64,000 nt of DNA from Eledone cirrhosa. Taxonomy: Eukaryota. The notes under the pieces were generated by a model that made no database searches, had not been told where the DNA came from, and worked only from the letters and a program-made list of their open reading frames with translations. Shown here piece by piece: positions 27,730 to 39,701 of this stretch. Positions within the stretch are counted from its first letter, which is position 1, and the number at the start of each line of letters is the position of its first letter. A program made the translations under genes and the position numbers. The DNA is taken from contig OZ024743.1 of NCBI GenBank assembly GCA_964016885.1, forward strand, positions 156,550,001 to 156,614,000, written 5' to 3'.

Positions 27730-29120
27730 TAGATGGAACGGGTAGACCAGAGCCATACGGACACCCGAAAACCACGATGAACTGAAGAAAATGATTGCAC
27801 ATGCGGTAGGGGCCAGCATAAAACTAACCCTTTAGGAACATATGTTCAAATTTAATGGAAAAACATATGCCCAAGAGGAAGGAGCAGCCATTGGTGTTAG
27901 CATTGCAGGCGACATAGCTAACTTATTCATGGTATGGTGGTACAGTAGACTTAAACATAAACTTAAAGAACAATTAGAAGACCCCTTAACCCTGATAATG
28001 TACTCCCGCTACGTTGATGATATAAATATCGTAGTTAAGACACCCCCACTAGAGAACAGTCAGGAATTAGAGAAAAACACAATGGAAAGCATCCAGCAAA
28101 TAGCTAACTCCATCCACCAGAGTATTAGAGTTACTATAGACTACCCAAGTAAACACCCCAAGACACAGGGCTCTGGTTAGATAGCATTAATAACAAAAAA
28201 ACATATCCTCCATTCCCATTATGCCAAACCCATGACTTCCAAACATCTGATCCACCGAAACTCAGCTGTTTCGGACCATATCAAAATTAACATACTGATT
28301 GCGGATTTGGTACGGGTGATGAGAAACGTGTCCCGCTTGTGCAACCCCGAAGAACTAGAGAGGTACATACAACACTTCATCCACCGTTTGCAGTTCTTTG
28401 GTTACAATCAAAGAGATAAAATCAGAGTGTATAGAGGAGCCAGAACCAAATGGGAAAAAATGGTAAATAATGACATAAATGGGACCTGCCCCTTGTATAG
28501 GAGAAAATTTTGGAATAGAATAGAAAGAACTAGGAATAAGGCTAATAGAATAAACTCATGGTATGATAGCAATAAATATCAGAGTGTAATGTTCATCGAT
28601 ACAACCCCTAGAGGTGAATTAGCTTACACATTTAGAAGGGCCCTAGATAAACATAAACTCAATATTAAGATAGTAGAAAGACCAGGTACCTCCGTAAAAA
28701 CAGTTATTAGCAAGACATACCCTATTCAAAGACCCCCCTGTATAGATAAGAAATGTATAACCTGTAAAATTAGCCCCCATATTAACTGTAAAACTAGAAA
28801 TGTAGTATATAGCATAAGATGTACTGAAGAACAATGTAGAGACAAAAATATAGTGTACATAGGTGAGACATCTCGTAGTGTAGGGGAACGGATAAACGAA
28901 CACTGGCGAGACCTTTAAGATAGTAAAGAATCATCTGTACTCTACCAACATGCTAAAATAGAACATAAGGGTAAATTAGAGAACATAGAAATAAAAATAG
29001 AATCTACACAAATAAAAGACGCAATGTTTAGACAAATCACAGAGGCAATAAACATAGAAGAATTACAACCAAAATTAAATAGAAAATATGAGTGGAACAG
29101 CCACATCACAACTTACAATT
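27730..29120 (+). pseudogene. PLE reverse transcriptase (3' part) and GIY-YIG endonuclease
   Basis: FKFNGKTYAQEEGAAIG, SRYVDDI; linker CIDKKCITC; NVVYSIRC...YIGETSRSVGERINEH. Frameshift and premature stop. Confidence 0.92.
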
Positions 29121-29323
29121 AAGGACAAAATGAACACACACACGCACATAGAACAAACAACCAACCGGTAACATGTAAATAAACAAATAAATAAACGAAT
29201 ATAAACACACATAGACACCCAGATGTGGCGCATGCGCAGACAGAGCACACAACACACACACAGAAACAAAATGGCGTAGGACAGAAGAAAGGAGAGTCAC
29301 AGAAACAAAGAAAAGAATCCCCA

Positions 29324-29364
29324 GTCACTGAAGAGGTCATATAATGTGTCGAAATAACTTTGAC
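29324..29364 (+). ncRNA. Minimal hammerhead-like motif in pLTR
   Basis: gtca-CTGAAGA-ggtcatataatgtgtc-GAAA-taactt-tgac. Partial inverted copy at ~27690-27728. Confidence 0.6.
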
Positions 29365-29529
29365 AATATATAAACAACTATCTGGTTGGGGAACCAACCA
29401 ACCAACCAGAATCTATGAATTTATAAATTGATTATAATAAATTGAATTGAAAGCATCTTGTGCGTGTGTTTCTTATTGGCAACATGACCCTCCCAAAGTA
29501 TAACAATATATATATATATATATATATAT

Positions 29530-29731
29530 AACGAAGGAAATGTGGTAAGGAACCAGATGGACCATAACGCACCAAAGTACTCAATACTTAGGGTAGTAGC
29601 GTGGGTAATAGGAACCAGTAGGACCCCGACGGCTGAGCTCAAGCCGTTTCGACGGCTTATTCTGGACTCGAATTAGTCCAGAATTAGCCGTCGAAATGCT
29701 TGAGCTCAGCCGTCGGGGTCCTACTCGTTCC

Positions 29732-29733
<2 letters not shown>
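29530..29733. mobile_element. ~200-bp foldback/MITE-like element in (TA)n, copy 1
   Basis: ~80-bp unique leader plus a 125-bp hairpin (TA-ggaacc/gagtaggaccccgacggctgagctcaagc... arms). Second copy at 38819-39024. Confidence 0.8.
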
Positions 29734-29820
<87 letters not shown>

Positions 29821-29827
<7 letters not shown>

Positions 29828-30226
29828 TGTATATATAGTGTATTTTGCAATACACTGTATGCTTAATTAAAAGCATTTCGAAGACCTTACGCTGTTGTTT
29901 TCGAGTAGTGACAGACTCACTTAATTTCATTTTCAACAAACAGGGGAGATAAAGCTGACAGAGCTCTGTTTCGCACTTTTTGGTGCTTATCAAACTAAGT
30001 ACTCCTCCTGTTTGATGAAAATCATGAATGTTTGATTCTCATAGAATTCTAGTAATTATCAGGAACTGATTATACAGAGCGGTTGCCGGTCAAGCAGAAA
30101 TTGAAAATTATAATTGGTGCTCTGAAATAGCGATATATATATGAATGTATATATAGTGTATTTTGCAATACACTGTATGCATAATTAAAAGCATTTCGAA
30201 GACCTTACGCTATTGTTTTAGAGTAG
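29821..30226 (-). mobile_element. Non-coding terminally redundant element (period 318 bp) with a decayed HHR
   Basis: 88-bp direct repeat at 29821 and 30139. On the minus strand, tgataa-gcac caaaaa gtgc-GAAA-cagagctctg-TC sits inside a long stem (29929-30022). Confidence 0.7.
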
Positions 30227-30532
30227 CAATTCTAATATATATATACCAACCAAATCTTAATACCTCTGGAGCCACTTTTTTCACATAAAACAGAAAGAAT
30301 TTCCCAAAACTGATCAGATTAAAGCAAAATTCACGAGCGTTCTATCTCAAAATTATTTTTGAAAAGCATCAGAAATGCGTAACCGGTAAGAACTTAAAAC
30401 TATAACTAACTAATACGTATTACTAATTTATACTTATTCCTAATTAAACTATTTTTCACTGGGAAGTATTTGTCACCATTTTCTTTTCCTTTTTACTAAT
30501 ATATATATATATATATATATAGTTATACTTCA

Positions 30533-33357
30533 TCAGTCTGCGATCAGAATATTAAACTTAACACTACCGTACATTGCTGAGTTTTTGAGTATCAGGTGCT
30601 TGCAGGCCATGGGTTTAGTGTAGTGTGAGTGGAGAATTTGGGCTCTCTCGTCTATAGTGTTAATCCAAAGTTCCGTGTCTAATACAGGTAGTCTATTTTT
30701 AGGGTGTTTGGGAGGGTAGTCGATAGTTACAGTTATATTCTGTTGTATGGAATTAGCTATCTTCTGGATGATTTCCATTGTGCTAAGTTCTAAATCAAAC
30801 TTGTTAGTACTCTCTTGTGGGGATGTCCTTATTACTATATTGATGTAGTGTACGTACCGAGAGTACATGATGAGGTCTATGGAGCCCCCATTAAGGAGAT
30901 CTTTGAGTCACCTTTCCTACCATACCATAAAAAGTTTGGCAACGTCACCAGCTATGCAGGCGCCAATGGTTTCTCCATCATTTTGGGTGTAGATCTCGTT
31001 GAATTTGAATATGTGGCCCTTTAGGGTAGTTTTAATACTAGCCTGTATTGCATGTGCGACCATTTTTCTTACCTGATCATTGTTTTGGGGGTTCCGTATG
31101 GCTTTGGTCCACCTTATCCACCTGCCCATCGGAGTCATTTTAGCCATAGAGATTATGGTGAGGGGGGGGGGGGGGGTCTACCACTTATGGGTCTACTGGG
31201 GCAGAAATGTCTAAAGGCATGCCTGTCTAGGTAGTCAGTTTCATAGGTAGGTCTACGTAGAAGGCCCAGTTCGTCTGTGTCGACGTCGCAGAACTCCGCC
31301 TCACTCTCAATGATCATCTCTACACATTTTTCACAGCAAAATCAATATTAATGTATGGGTATAGTGACACCACGTCCATACTGCCTATTATGCAGTTGGA
31401 TAGGTTTTTGTTTTTGTCCCAGTCACTGATTCTGCTGAAGTGGTCCTCTGTACTGTCACATACATCTGTGGACATCTTGATTATGGGGCGTATAACCATT
31501 GAGAGGAAGTAGGAGATCGTGTAGTTGCTAGCTATATTAGCTCCGCATACAGGTCTTGTTGGTTGTCCTGTTGTCGGGTCGTCGACTGTCTTATGTTATT
31601 TGCGGAGCCCATACAACGGTGGTATGCCATTTTTAGACGCCTGGAATTTGTTGGCAGTGCGTCTGCTTGGCTTTAGGATGTCGGTCCACATCATCATGTG
31701 AGCGTTGAGGATTTTCCCTCTCCCCTCATGTATTTGCTGTGCAATTTCGCTCGTGTTCGTGATGTGGGGTTGCACAGCCTTGATGTAGTTCAGCATGCTG
31801 TCTATTGACATCCTACCAGAATTATCCGTGGGTAGACATACTACCTCACCATCCCTTGTGCGCTGCTTGAGGCTAACCAAGCCTTCTACAGGTTTCCTCC
31901 CAAGTTGTTGGACCTCTGGTCTGCTTTGTCTCTTAGTATATCGGTCAACTATTTGTCTAATCTTATATCTAGCTATGGTGAACTGTGCCTCTGTCTCCTC
32001 ATCTATTTGTTGTGGTATACAAGCTATTTTATTAAAGGGTAATCTCGTAGGATAAATATTACCCATCTTATATGTTTTGTCAGCTGGATTGAAGAATAGT
32101 TTCTCTAAGGAGTTGTTATATCTATGGTCATAGTTGTGTGTGTTGCTGATATTGTTATTATGGTGGTTGTTGTTCCTATCATTAACATTATTATTATTAT
32201 TATGATTGCTAGGTGTATTGTTGATGTGATTGTTCGATGTATTGTTTTGGTTTTCTCCAGTGTCATTGTTGCTGTTACTCTTATTTCCACCATTGTGGTT
32301 GTTACTTTTATTATTATTTTTCTCGTTTTTGTTGTTGTTGTGTCTACCATTAATGTTGCTACACGTATTATTAAAATTATTACTACTGTGGTTGTTGTTG
32401 TTACTCGTATTATTACCATTATTACTATTGTGGTTGCTGCTGCTGTCTCTGTCGTTAATGTTTCTATTATTATTAGTGTGGTTGTTGTTGTTCTGTCTAT
32501 CGTTAATATTATTACCATTATTACTATTTCTTATTCTCCTGCTATTATTATTGTTATGACTATTACTATTATAGCTGTTATTTATATACTCAGAGTTATT
32601 GTTTATATTACTACTATCTTTATTATTATTCTTGTTGTCCGTATAGTTGTTGTTTAATTTTGTTTTCCAACGTATTTTTGTGAAACACTTTTCTAGCTCC
32701 GTTTTGCACTCGATAGTATTAATGTTTAGCTGTAGAATTTGTTGTCCCTGTTAACTGATTAAAGTGATCCCATAAATATTTACTGTATGGTCATTGGTAA
32801 ATTCTCCCGGCAATGCTTCGGATATTGTTGATGTTAGCAGGGTATTTTTGTGAATTTTCTATTTTTCTCTCTAGTTTTTTCTTCTTCGTCCATTCTAGTT
32901 TTTTTATGAAATGCCTATAGCATTCGCTTAGTGCGTATTTCGTTTCACGTCGAATGACGCTCATGAATTCCTCCATCTCGTTTGGTGTGGTGAGATATCG
33001 AACTTCCTTACCGTTAATGCGTTTCTGTTTGTAAAGTTTGTTAACTTGTGTATATGTTGTTCTTTTCATATTGAATGTTATTGTTTGTTTTAGTCGTTCA
33101 GCTTGTGTTTTGTTTACCAATATATTATTTCCTTGTTTCGATATGTTTGTTGTGTATATTTTGAAGGAAATACAGTGTTTTAAGAAGCGGATTTGTTCTG
33201 TTTTTGTTGTAGTTTTTATATAACAGAAAACAGTGTGTTTCAATGACCTTTCAGCTTGACACAACCTAATGCCATAACGGCGATGAATTAGTTTTGCGAG
33301 GTTTTTGATATGAAATCGTGTGTCGAAACAAATATTGTTATACTTGGGGTGGGTCAT
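30533..33357 (-). pseudogene. PLE N-terminal region and reverse transcriptase
   Basis: MTHPKYNNICFDTRF start; TDNSG (DKG-like); PPLYGLRK; RPVCG; GSMDVVSLYP; FKFNEIYTQNDGETIG; MYSRYV; LPVLDTELW. Multiple breaks. Confidence 0.88.
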
Positions 33358-33518
33358 ATTTGTGTAATAATATTGCCAGATTTAATAACAGAACACACTC
33401 ACTGTTTAGTTGGTTTTCGCCTCTGTATCTTTAATATCAGTTAATTTAATTTTACCATTAATTGATCAACGGTCAAAAATACAGATATAATTTAGACACA
33501 AACACATATATATAGTTT

Positions 33519-33560
33519 ATCAAAGTTCTTTCGTTGCCCATCTGCAACATCGTCAGTGGT
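33519..33560 (-). ncRNA. Minimal hammerhead-like motif in pLTR
   Basis: acca-CTGACGA-t-gttgc agatgg gcaac-GAAA-gaactt-tgat. Sister copies at 34788-34829 (+) and 50826-50861 (-). Confidence 0.62.
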
Positions 33561-33643
33561 GCTATTATGTTTCCTCCTGTTGTATTGTATGTCTACGCCA
33601 TCTTTATTTAATCTGTTTATTTATTTATTTATTTTTTTTTTTT

Positions 33644-33682
<39 letters not shown>

Positions 33683-33792
33683 TTGTTGCCTTCTCTGCGC
33701 ATGCGTTTGCGTGTGTTTATAGTGTTTGGTGTGTGTTCGTGTTTGGGTGATTGTGTTTTGGTTATTGTATTCAATCTTAGTTTATTAGTTTG

Positions 33793-34538
33793 TTCTCCGG
33801 ATACAACCAAAGAGACAGAATCAGAGTATACGAAGGGGCCACGGAGAAGTATAAGACCCTCATAGAACTGGACATGAAAGGTATTTGCCCATTATACAGG
33901 AGCAATTCATGGAATAGCTTAGATAGGAGTAGACACAAGATAGGGAAAACACCTCATAGTACGACAACCAGAGATACCAGAGGGTCATGTTCGTGGACGC
34001 TACCCCTGGAGGGAAATTAGCTAACCAGTGTAGATTGGTCTCGAGAAAGACCCACTTAAAGATTAAGGTTGTAGAAAAGCCAGGAACCACCATAAAATCC
34101 CTGATCAGCAAAACCTACCCTTTTAAGAAAACCCACTGTACTAATAGGAAATGTATTATATGTAAAGTAAACCCCCGGATAAACTGTAAAACTAGAAACG
34201 TAGTCTATAGCATAAGATGTACAAAGGGTACTTGCAGAAAGATTACAAGCACATACATAGGCGAGACAGCTCGTAGTATAGTTGAACAGATAGACCAACA
34301 CTGGGGGGAACTAAAAGGACGTAAAAACGGTTCACTACTATACGAACACGCCAGACAACAACACGACGGTAACATAGACAACCTAGAAATTAGAATAATA
34401 TCTAAACATAGATATGATCTAGCAGATAGGCAAATCAGAGAGGCCAGCGAAATAGAACTTAGAAGGCCAAAGCTAAACAGAAAAAATGAATGGAATGACA
34501 ACACCCAAACAAACAATACTGATCTAAGAGAAGTATAA
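33793..34538 (+). pseudogene. PLE thumb/linker and GIY-YIG endonuclease
   Basis: FSGYNQRDRIRVY; CTNRKCIIC; NVVYSIRC...YIGETARSIVEQIDQH; LYEHARQQH; RQIREASEI..RPKLNRKNEW. Confidence 0.92.
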
Positions 34539-35114
34539 ATAAATAAATAAATACATACACAAGCACAATAACAACAAGCACATATAAACACACACTAGTA
34601 AACTAAGATAGAATACAATAACCTAAACTCAGTCACCCAAACACGATCACACACAAAACACTATACACACAGGCAAACGCATGCGCAGAGAAGAAGACAA
34701 ATATAAATAAATTAGTTAATAAATAAAAGAAACAGATTAAATAAAGATGGCGTAGACATACAATACAACAGGAGGAAACATAATAGCACCACTGACGATG
34801 CAGCAGATGTGCAACGAAAGAACTTTGTTAGACTATATATATGTGTTTGTGTCTATATTATATCTGTATTTTTTACCGTTGGTCAATCAATGGTAACATT
34901 GAGGACCGAATAAATTAAATTAACTGATATAAAAGATACAGAAGTGAAAACCAACCAAACAGTGAGTGTGTTCTGTTATTAATTCTGGCAATATTATTAC
35001 ACAAATATGACCCTCCCCAAGTATAACAATATTTGTTTCGACACACGATTTCATATAAAAAACCACGCAAAACTAATTCATCGTCGTTATATGTATACAC
35101 ACACACACACACAC

Positions 35115-35179
<65 letters not shown>

Positions 35180-35180
<1 letters not shown>

Positions 35181-36010
35181 AGAAGAAGAAATTAAAGTAG
35201 GTTAAAATAGTTCCATATATTTTATTATGGGCACTTCGAAAACAACATCATCCTGGGACAAAAAAGTGTGTCCTCATCAGATAAAATAAGGTAACATGAT
35301 ATGAGGCCTAAATACCAGAATATGTAAATATTATACACTATAACAGTCAAATATACGTACGAGAAGGTATACATACCTTCACAAAACATACGGGTAATAT
35401 ATACTTACCTATGCAAATAAGTAAAGGAATAAACAAAACATATACTTATCTCCCACATCAATACGTAAAATATCCACGTATAGATCGTGCTATCTGTTAG
35501 GGTATAGCGTGGGGCTGTAATACAGGAAAGTGTTGTGCAATTTATGTTTACAAGCCGAAATTGCCTCAGATTTTTTGTTTAAGATGTGGTGGTAGCGTTG
35601 AGTATTTCCAGGGCCTCAGCGGCGCAGAGGTCACATGGTCTTTTATTTCCGTTATACGATCTAGCCCTAGCTAGGATCTCCCAGTGTAACTTATATTGGG
35701 TGTGGTTGTCTTTTAGACTCCAGATATAAGCTGACAGTGACGTCATATTCCTTCTTAGAGGGTAACGAAAAGAATGGGTATGCATGTAAAGACGCTGCTT
35801 GAAACTATTGGCGGTTAAACCTATGTAGGCCCTACGGGACGTGGGTGTTACAACCTTACACTTGGAGACAATGTTACTAGAGAGGCATTTCCCGGTTAGG
35901 GGGCAATCAATATATATTACCCGTATGTTTTGTGAAGGTATGTATACCCTCTCGTGCGTATATTTGACTGTTATAGCGTATAATTTTTATATATTCTGAT
36001 ATTTAGGGTT
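35180..36010 (-). mobile_element. Short Naiad-type PLE 3' fragment with partial inverted pLTR and decayed HHR
   Basis: CPLTGKCL...YIGLTANSFKQRLYMHTHSF...SLSAYIWSLK...CDLC (35910->35560). 35910-36010 inverts ~35308-35405. HHR-like motif at 35220-35286 has GAAA changed to GAAG. Confidence 0.82.
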
Positions 36011-36908
36011 TGGCTATGTGTATACGGGAGTGTTGCGTCCGCGTGAGTGTGCAGGTTCGTACGTATGGTGGGTGTGTGTATATGTGTACTTCTTGTTTTA
36101 GTTGACTTACGTCTCTGAACATTCATGTATTTATATGTAGGTATGCGTGTGCGCTTGTTATATACATATTTATTTACTTATATACGTTTATATAATTATT
36201 TATTTATTTGTACACAAGCATACACACGCACACATATTTATATGTGCGTGGTTTTTATACCCATGGTAAGGTTTTGCGTATGCTTGTGTATGTACGTATC
36301 TGTTTGCGTGTATGTATTTATTTGTTTCTATTACTTCTGTATTGTATTTATTTACTTTGTTCTTAACTCTGTAGCGGAGATTCATTTGGTCTCCTAGTTA
36401 GAATTTTAGTTTATGATTTCTGCTATAGCATTTACGTGGTTTTGTCTCTGCGTGCTATTGTTCTCCACGCTCCACATATGACTTATTATCTTCGTTTTTT
36501 CGTTCATTGCCAGAGAACGTCTCTATGCACCACCTAAGAGAACATTAGTCTACGACCTCTTTTATACCATAAACGTGGTTCTGTCTTTGCGCGTAATTGT
36601 TTTTCACCGCTCCTATTAATGACGTATTATTCGTTTTTTCCCGTTCTTTGCCAGCGAACGTTACCACGAACCAAAGTATCGTCTTCCTGTCTTCCTCCGG
36701 TTGCAACGTTTTTTGAAATATCCAGTTCTGCGTTTACAGATTGACTTTGTTAGTTTCAGAAGATCCCGTTAAGGGTGAAAGCAGCGATTCTTTGCTTAAA
36801 CTTTAATCTGTTATTTTAATAAATATTTGCTCTACGGTTCTTATATATTTGAGATATATTTTCCTTATCGAGCCCTCTTTGGATTTTAGTCTTCAATGTT
36901 ATTATTAT

Positions 36909-36942
<34 letters not shown>

Positions 36943-37238
36943 TATAAAGTATGTCAATAGAATCATTTGATAATATATATACACAATTTCCTCTCCCAAT
37001 TAGCATAAATAACCACAAAAAAATCAATTAGACCACGCTATAATACTAAAAGGCACCTATGAAGAAATAGTAGTTAAATAAACGACTTCAATCTCTTCTC
37101 GGCCAACCGCCATATAATATTTACCCAACATTTCAACAGCACGTGGAAATCGATTAAATATACCGTCCACCATACAACCATACACATTTAGGTATCAAAT
37201 TAAAGTTAGAAGAAATGCATATACACATACCAGGATTA

Positions 37239-37320
37239 TGTTTCTACCCCCGGGTTTCGTTCGCATTTGGAAATATCCTAATAAGGATAAAATCTCGTGC
37301 TTCGAACTCATCAGGAAACA
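37239..37320 (-). ncRNA. Type I hammerhead ribozyme (intact core)
   Basis: tgtttc-CTGATGA-gttcg..tatcct tatt aggata..cgaac-GAAA-cc cggg g-GTA|gaaaca. Confidence 0.85.
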
Positions 37321-37902
37321 AACTCGTTTGGACATATTATTTTCTTAAGTTATCCCCGTCAGAAACGAATTCACACTGGGTAAGAATTGTGACGTGGCAG
37401 TGGTCGAGTCAGAAATAATGTGATTGGCCGCTTACGGCGAGTGGGCTGGTTGCTAGAAAGCGCAGCCCAATATCTCCCAAATTGCATCTAAACCCTATGG
37501 GAGATTATTAAATATAAAGGTTTACATATACACACACTTGACAAAATCACAGATATATATGTGGCTCAATGATGAATTAATAAATTAAATAATCAGAGCA
37601 ATATACTATAAAGTATGTACATAGTATCATTTGATAATTTATATACACAATTTCCTCTCCCAATTAGCATAAATAACCACAAAAAAATCAATTAGACCAC
37701 GCTATAATACTAAAAGGCACCTATGAAGAAATATTAGATAAATAAACGACTTCAATCTCTTCTCGGCCAACCGCCATATAATATTTACCCAACATTTCAA
37801 CAGCACGTGGAAATCGATTAAATATACCGTCCACCATACAACCATACACATTTAGGTATAAATTTAAAGTTAGAAGAAATGCATATACACATACCAGGAT
37901 TA

Positions 37903-37984
37903 TGTTTCTACCCCCGGGTTTCGTTCGCATTTGGAATTATCCTATTAAGGATAAAATCTCGTGCTTTGAACTCATCAGGAAACA
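37903..37984 (-). ncRNA. Type I hammerhead ribozyme (intact core)
   Basis: Same motif 664 bp from the previous one. Confidence 0.85.
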
Positions 37985-38559
37985 AACTCGTTTGGACATA
38001 TTATTTTCTTAAGTTATCCCCGTCAGAAACGAATTCACAATGGGTAAGAATTGTGACGTGGCAGTGGTCAAGTCAGAAATAATGTGATTGGCCGCTTACG
38101 GCGAGTGGGCTGGTTGCTAGAAAGCGCAGCCCAATATCTCCCAAATTGCATCTAAACCCTATGGGAGATTATTAAATATAAAGGTTTACATATACACACA
38201 CTTGACAAAATCACAGATATATATGTGGCTCAATGATGAATTAATAAATTAAATAATCAGAGCAATATACTATAAAGTATGTACATAGTATCATTTGATA
38301 ATTTATATACACCATTTCCTCTCCCAATTAGCATAAGTAACAACACACAAAATCAATTAGACCAGGCTATAAGATTAAAACGCACCTATGAAGAAATAGT
38401 AGATAAATAAATGACAGCAATCTCTTCGCGGCCAACCGCAATAGAATATTTACCCAACATTTCAACAGCACGTTGAAATCGATTAAATATACCGTCAACC
38501 ATACACAATTAGGTATAACATTAAAGTTAGGAGAAATGCATATACACATACCAGGATTA

Positions 38560-38641
38560 TGTTTCTACTCTCGGGTATCGTTCGCATTTGGAAATATCCT
38601 ATTAAGGATAACATCTCGAGCTTCGAACTCATCAGGAAACA
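38560..38641 (-). ncRNA. Hammerhead motif, probably inactive (GAAA changed to GATA)
   Basis: Third, more diverged unit. Confidence 0.7.
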
Positions 38642-38780
38642 AACTCCTTTGGACAGATTATTTTCTTAAGTGATCCCCGTCAGAAACAAATTCAAAATGG
38701 CTGCGAATTGTGACGTGGCGGTGGTCAAGTCAGAAATAATGTGATTGGTTGCTTACGGCGAGTGGACTGGTTGCTAGAAA

Positions 38781-38818
<38 letters not shown>

Positions 38819-38820
<2 letters not shown>

Positions 38821-39020
38821 CGGAGGAAATATGGTAAGGAACCATGTGGACCATAACGTACCAAAGTACTCAATACTAGGGTAGTAGAGTGGGTAATAGG
38901 AACGAGTAGGACCCCGACGGCTGAGCTCAAGCCGTTTCGACGGCTAATTCTGTACTGAATTAGCCGCCCAGAATTAGCCGTCGAAACGGCTTGAGCTCAG
39001 CCGTCGGGGTCCTACTCGTT

Positions 39021-39024
<4 letters not shown>
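38819..39024. mobile_element. ~200-bp foldback/MITE-like element in (TA)n, copy 2
   Basis: Same leader and hairpin arms as 29530-29733, with a different hairpin centre. Confidence 0.8.
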
Positions 39025-39115
<91 letters not shown>

Positions 39116-39183
39116 CGTAAAATAAGAAAATCTTTTTCAAAACATTTTTTTTTTAAATGTTTTACTTACTTACTTAAATTTTC

Positions 39184-39265
39184 ACTCCAACTAATTAGTT
39201 TCTGCAATGGGATAAAGACAGTTACGTAATCTAACTGTCGAGAATTCATTGCGTCATCAGGGAGT
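39184..39265 (-). ncRNA. Type I hammerhead motif (left arm)
   Basis: actcc-CTGATGA-c gcaatg..gacagtta gattacg taactgtc..cattgc a-GAAA-ctaattag-TT|ggagt. Confidence 0.75.
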
Positions 39266-39701
39266 CTATTCTCAGCTAAGTCTCCAGGCAATGCGCGGAC
39301 ACTGGCGGCTCATATAAAAATAATAATAATTCGGTAGATGGAACAGCTGGCGAGGACTAAATTCCATGCACTGAAATCCTCACTGCTTCTAGTCAAATGA
39401 CCGATTCTAAAGAATCAATCACGTGACACGGAGGCTAGCCAGAAGGAATGGGATGGTAAGATGACTGACGCCTACTAACACCCCCCAAAAAGTAGGCGTC
39501 AGTCATCTTACCATCCCATTCCTTCTGACTAGCCTCTGTGTCACGTGATTGATTCTTTAGAATCGGCCATTTGACTAGAAGCAGTGAGGATTTCAGTGCA
39601 TGGAATTCAGTCCTCGCCAGCTGTTCCATCTACCGAATTATTATTATTTTTATATGAGCCGCCAGTGTCCGCGCATTGCCTGGAGACTTAGCTGAGAATA
39701 G

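Larger units (their letters stand above)
27481..29507 (+). mobile_element. Penelope-like element (Neptune/Nematis-type), 5'-truncated, with inverted pLTR
   Basis: 27481-27728 is a reverse-oriented pLTR matching ~29330-29507. RT and GIY-YIG lie between. (TA)n on both sides. Confidence 0.88.
30533..35090. mobile_element. Near full-length Neptune-type PLE with an inverted 5' portion
   Basis: Minus strand: pLTR 33793->33360, then N-terminus and RT 33357->30533. Plus strand: thumb and GIY-YIG 33793-34538, then 3' pLTR to 35090. 33277-33793 is an inverted repeat of ~34590-35090. Confidence 0.88.
36941..38785 (-). mobile_element. Tandem array of ~664-bp non-coding units (2.8 copies), one HHR per unit; retrozyme-like
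   Basis: Units start at 36941, 37605 and 38269. (TA)n on both sides. No recognisable protein. Confidence 0.85.

Noticed and set aside
36760-36795. HHR-like cagaaga-tccc gttaa gggt-gaaa
   Set aside because: Core altered, and no convincing stem I or stem III; at most a decayed motif.
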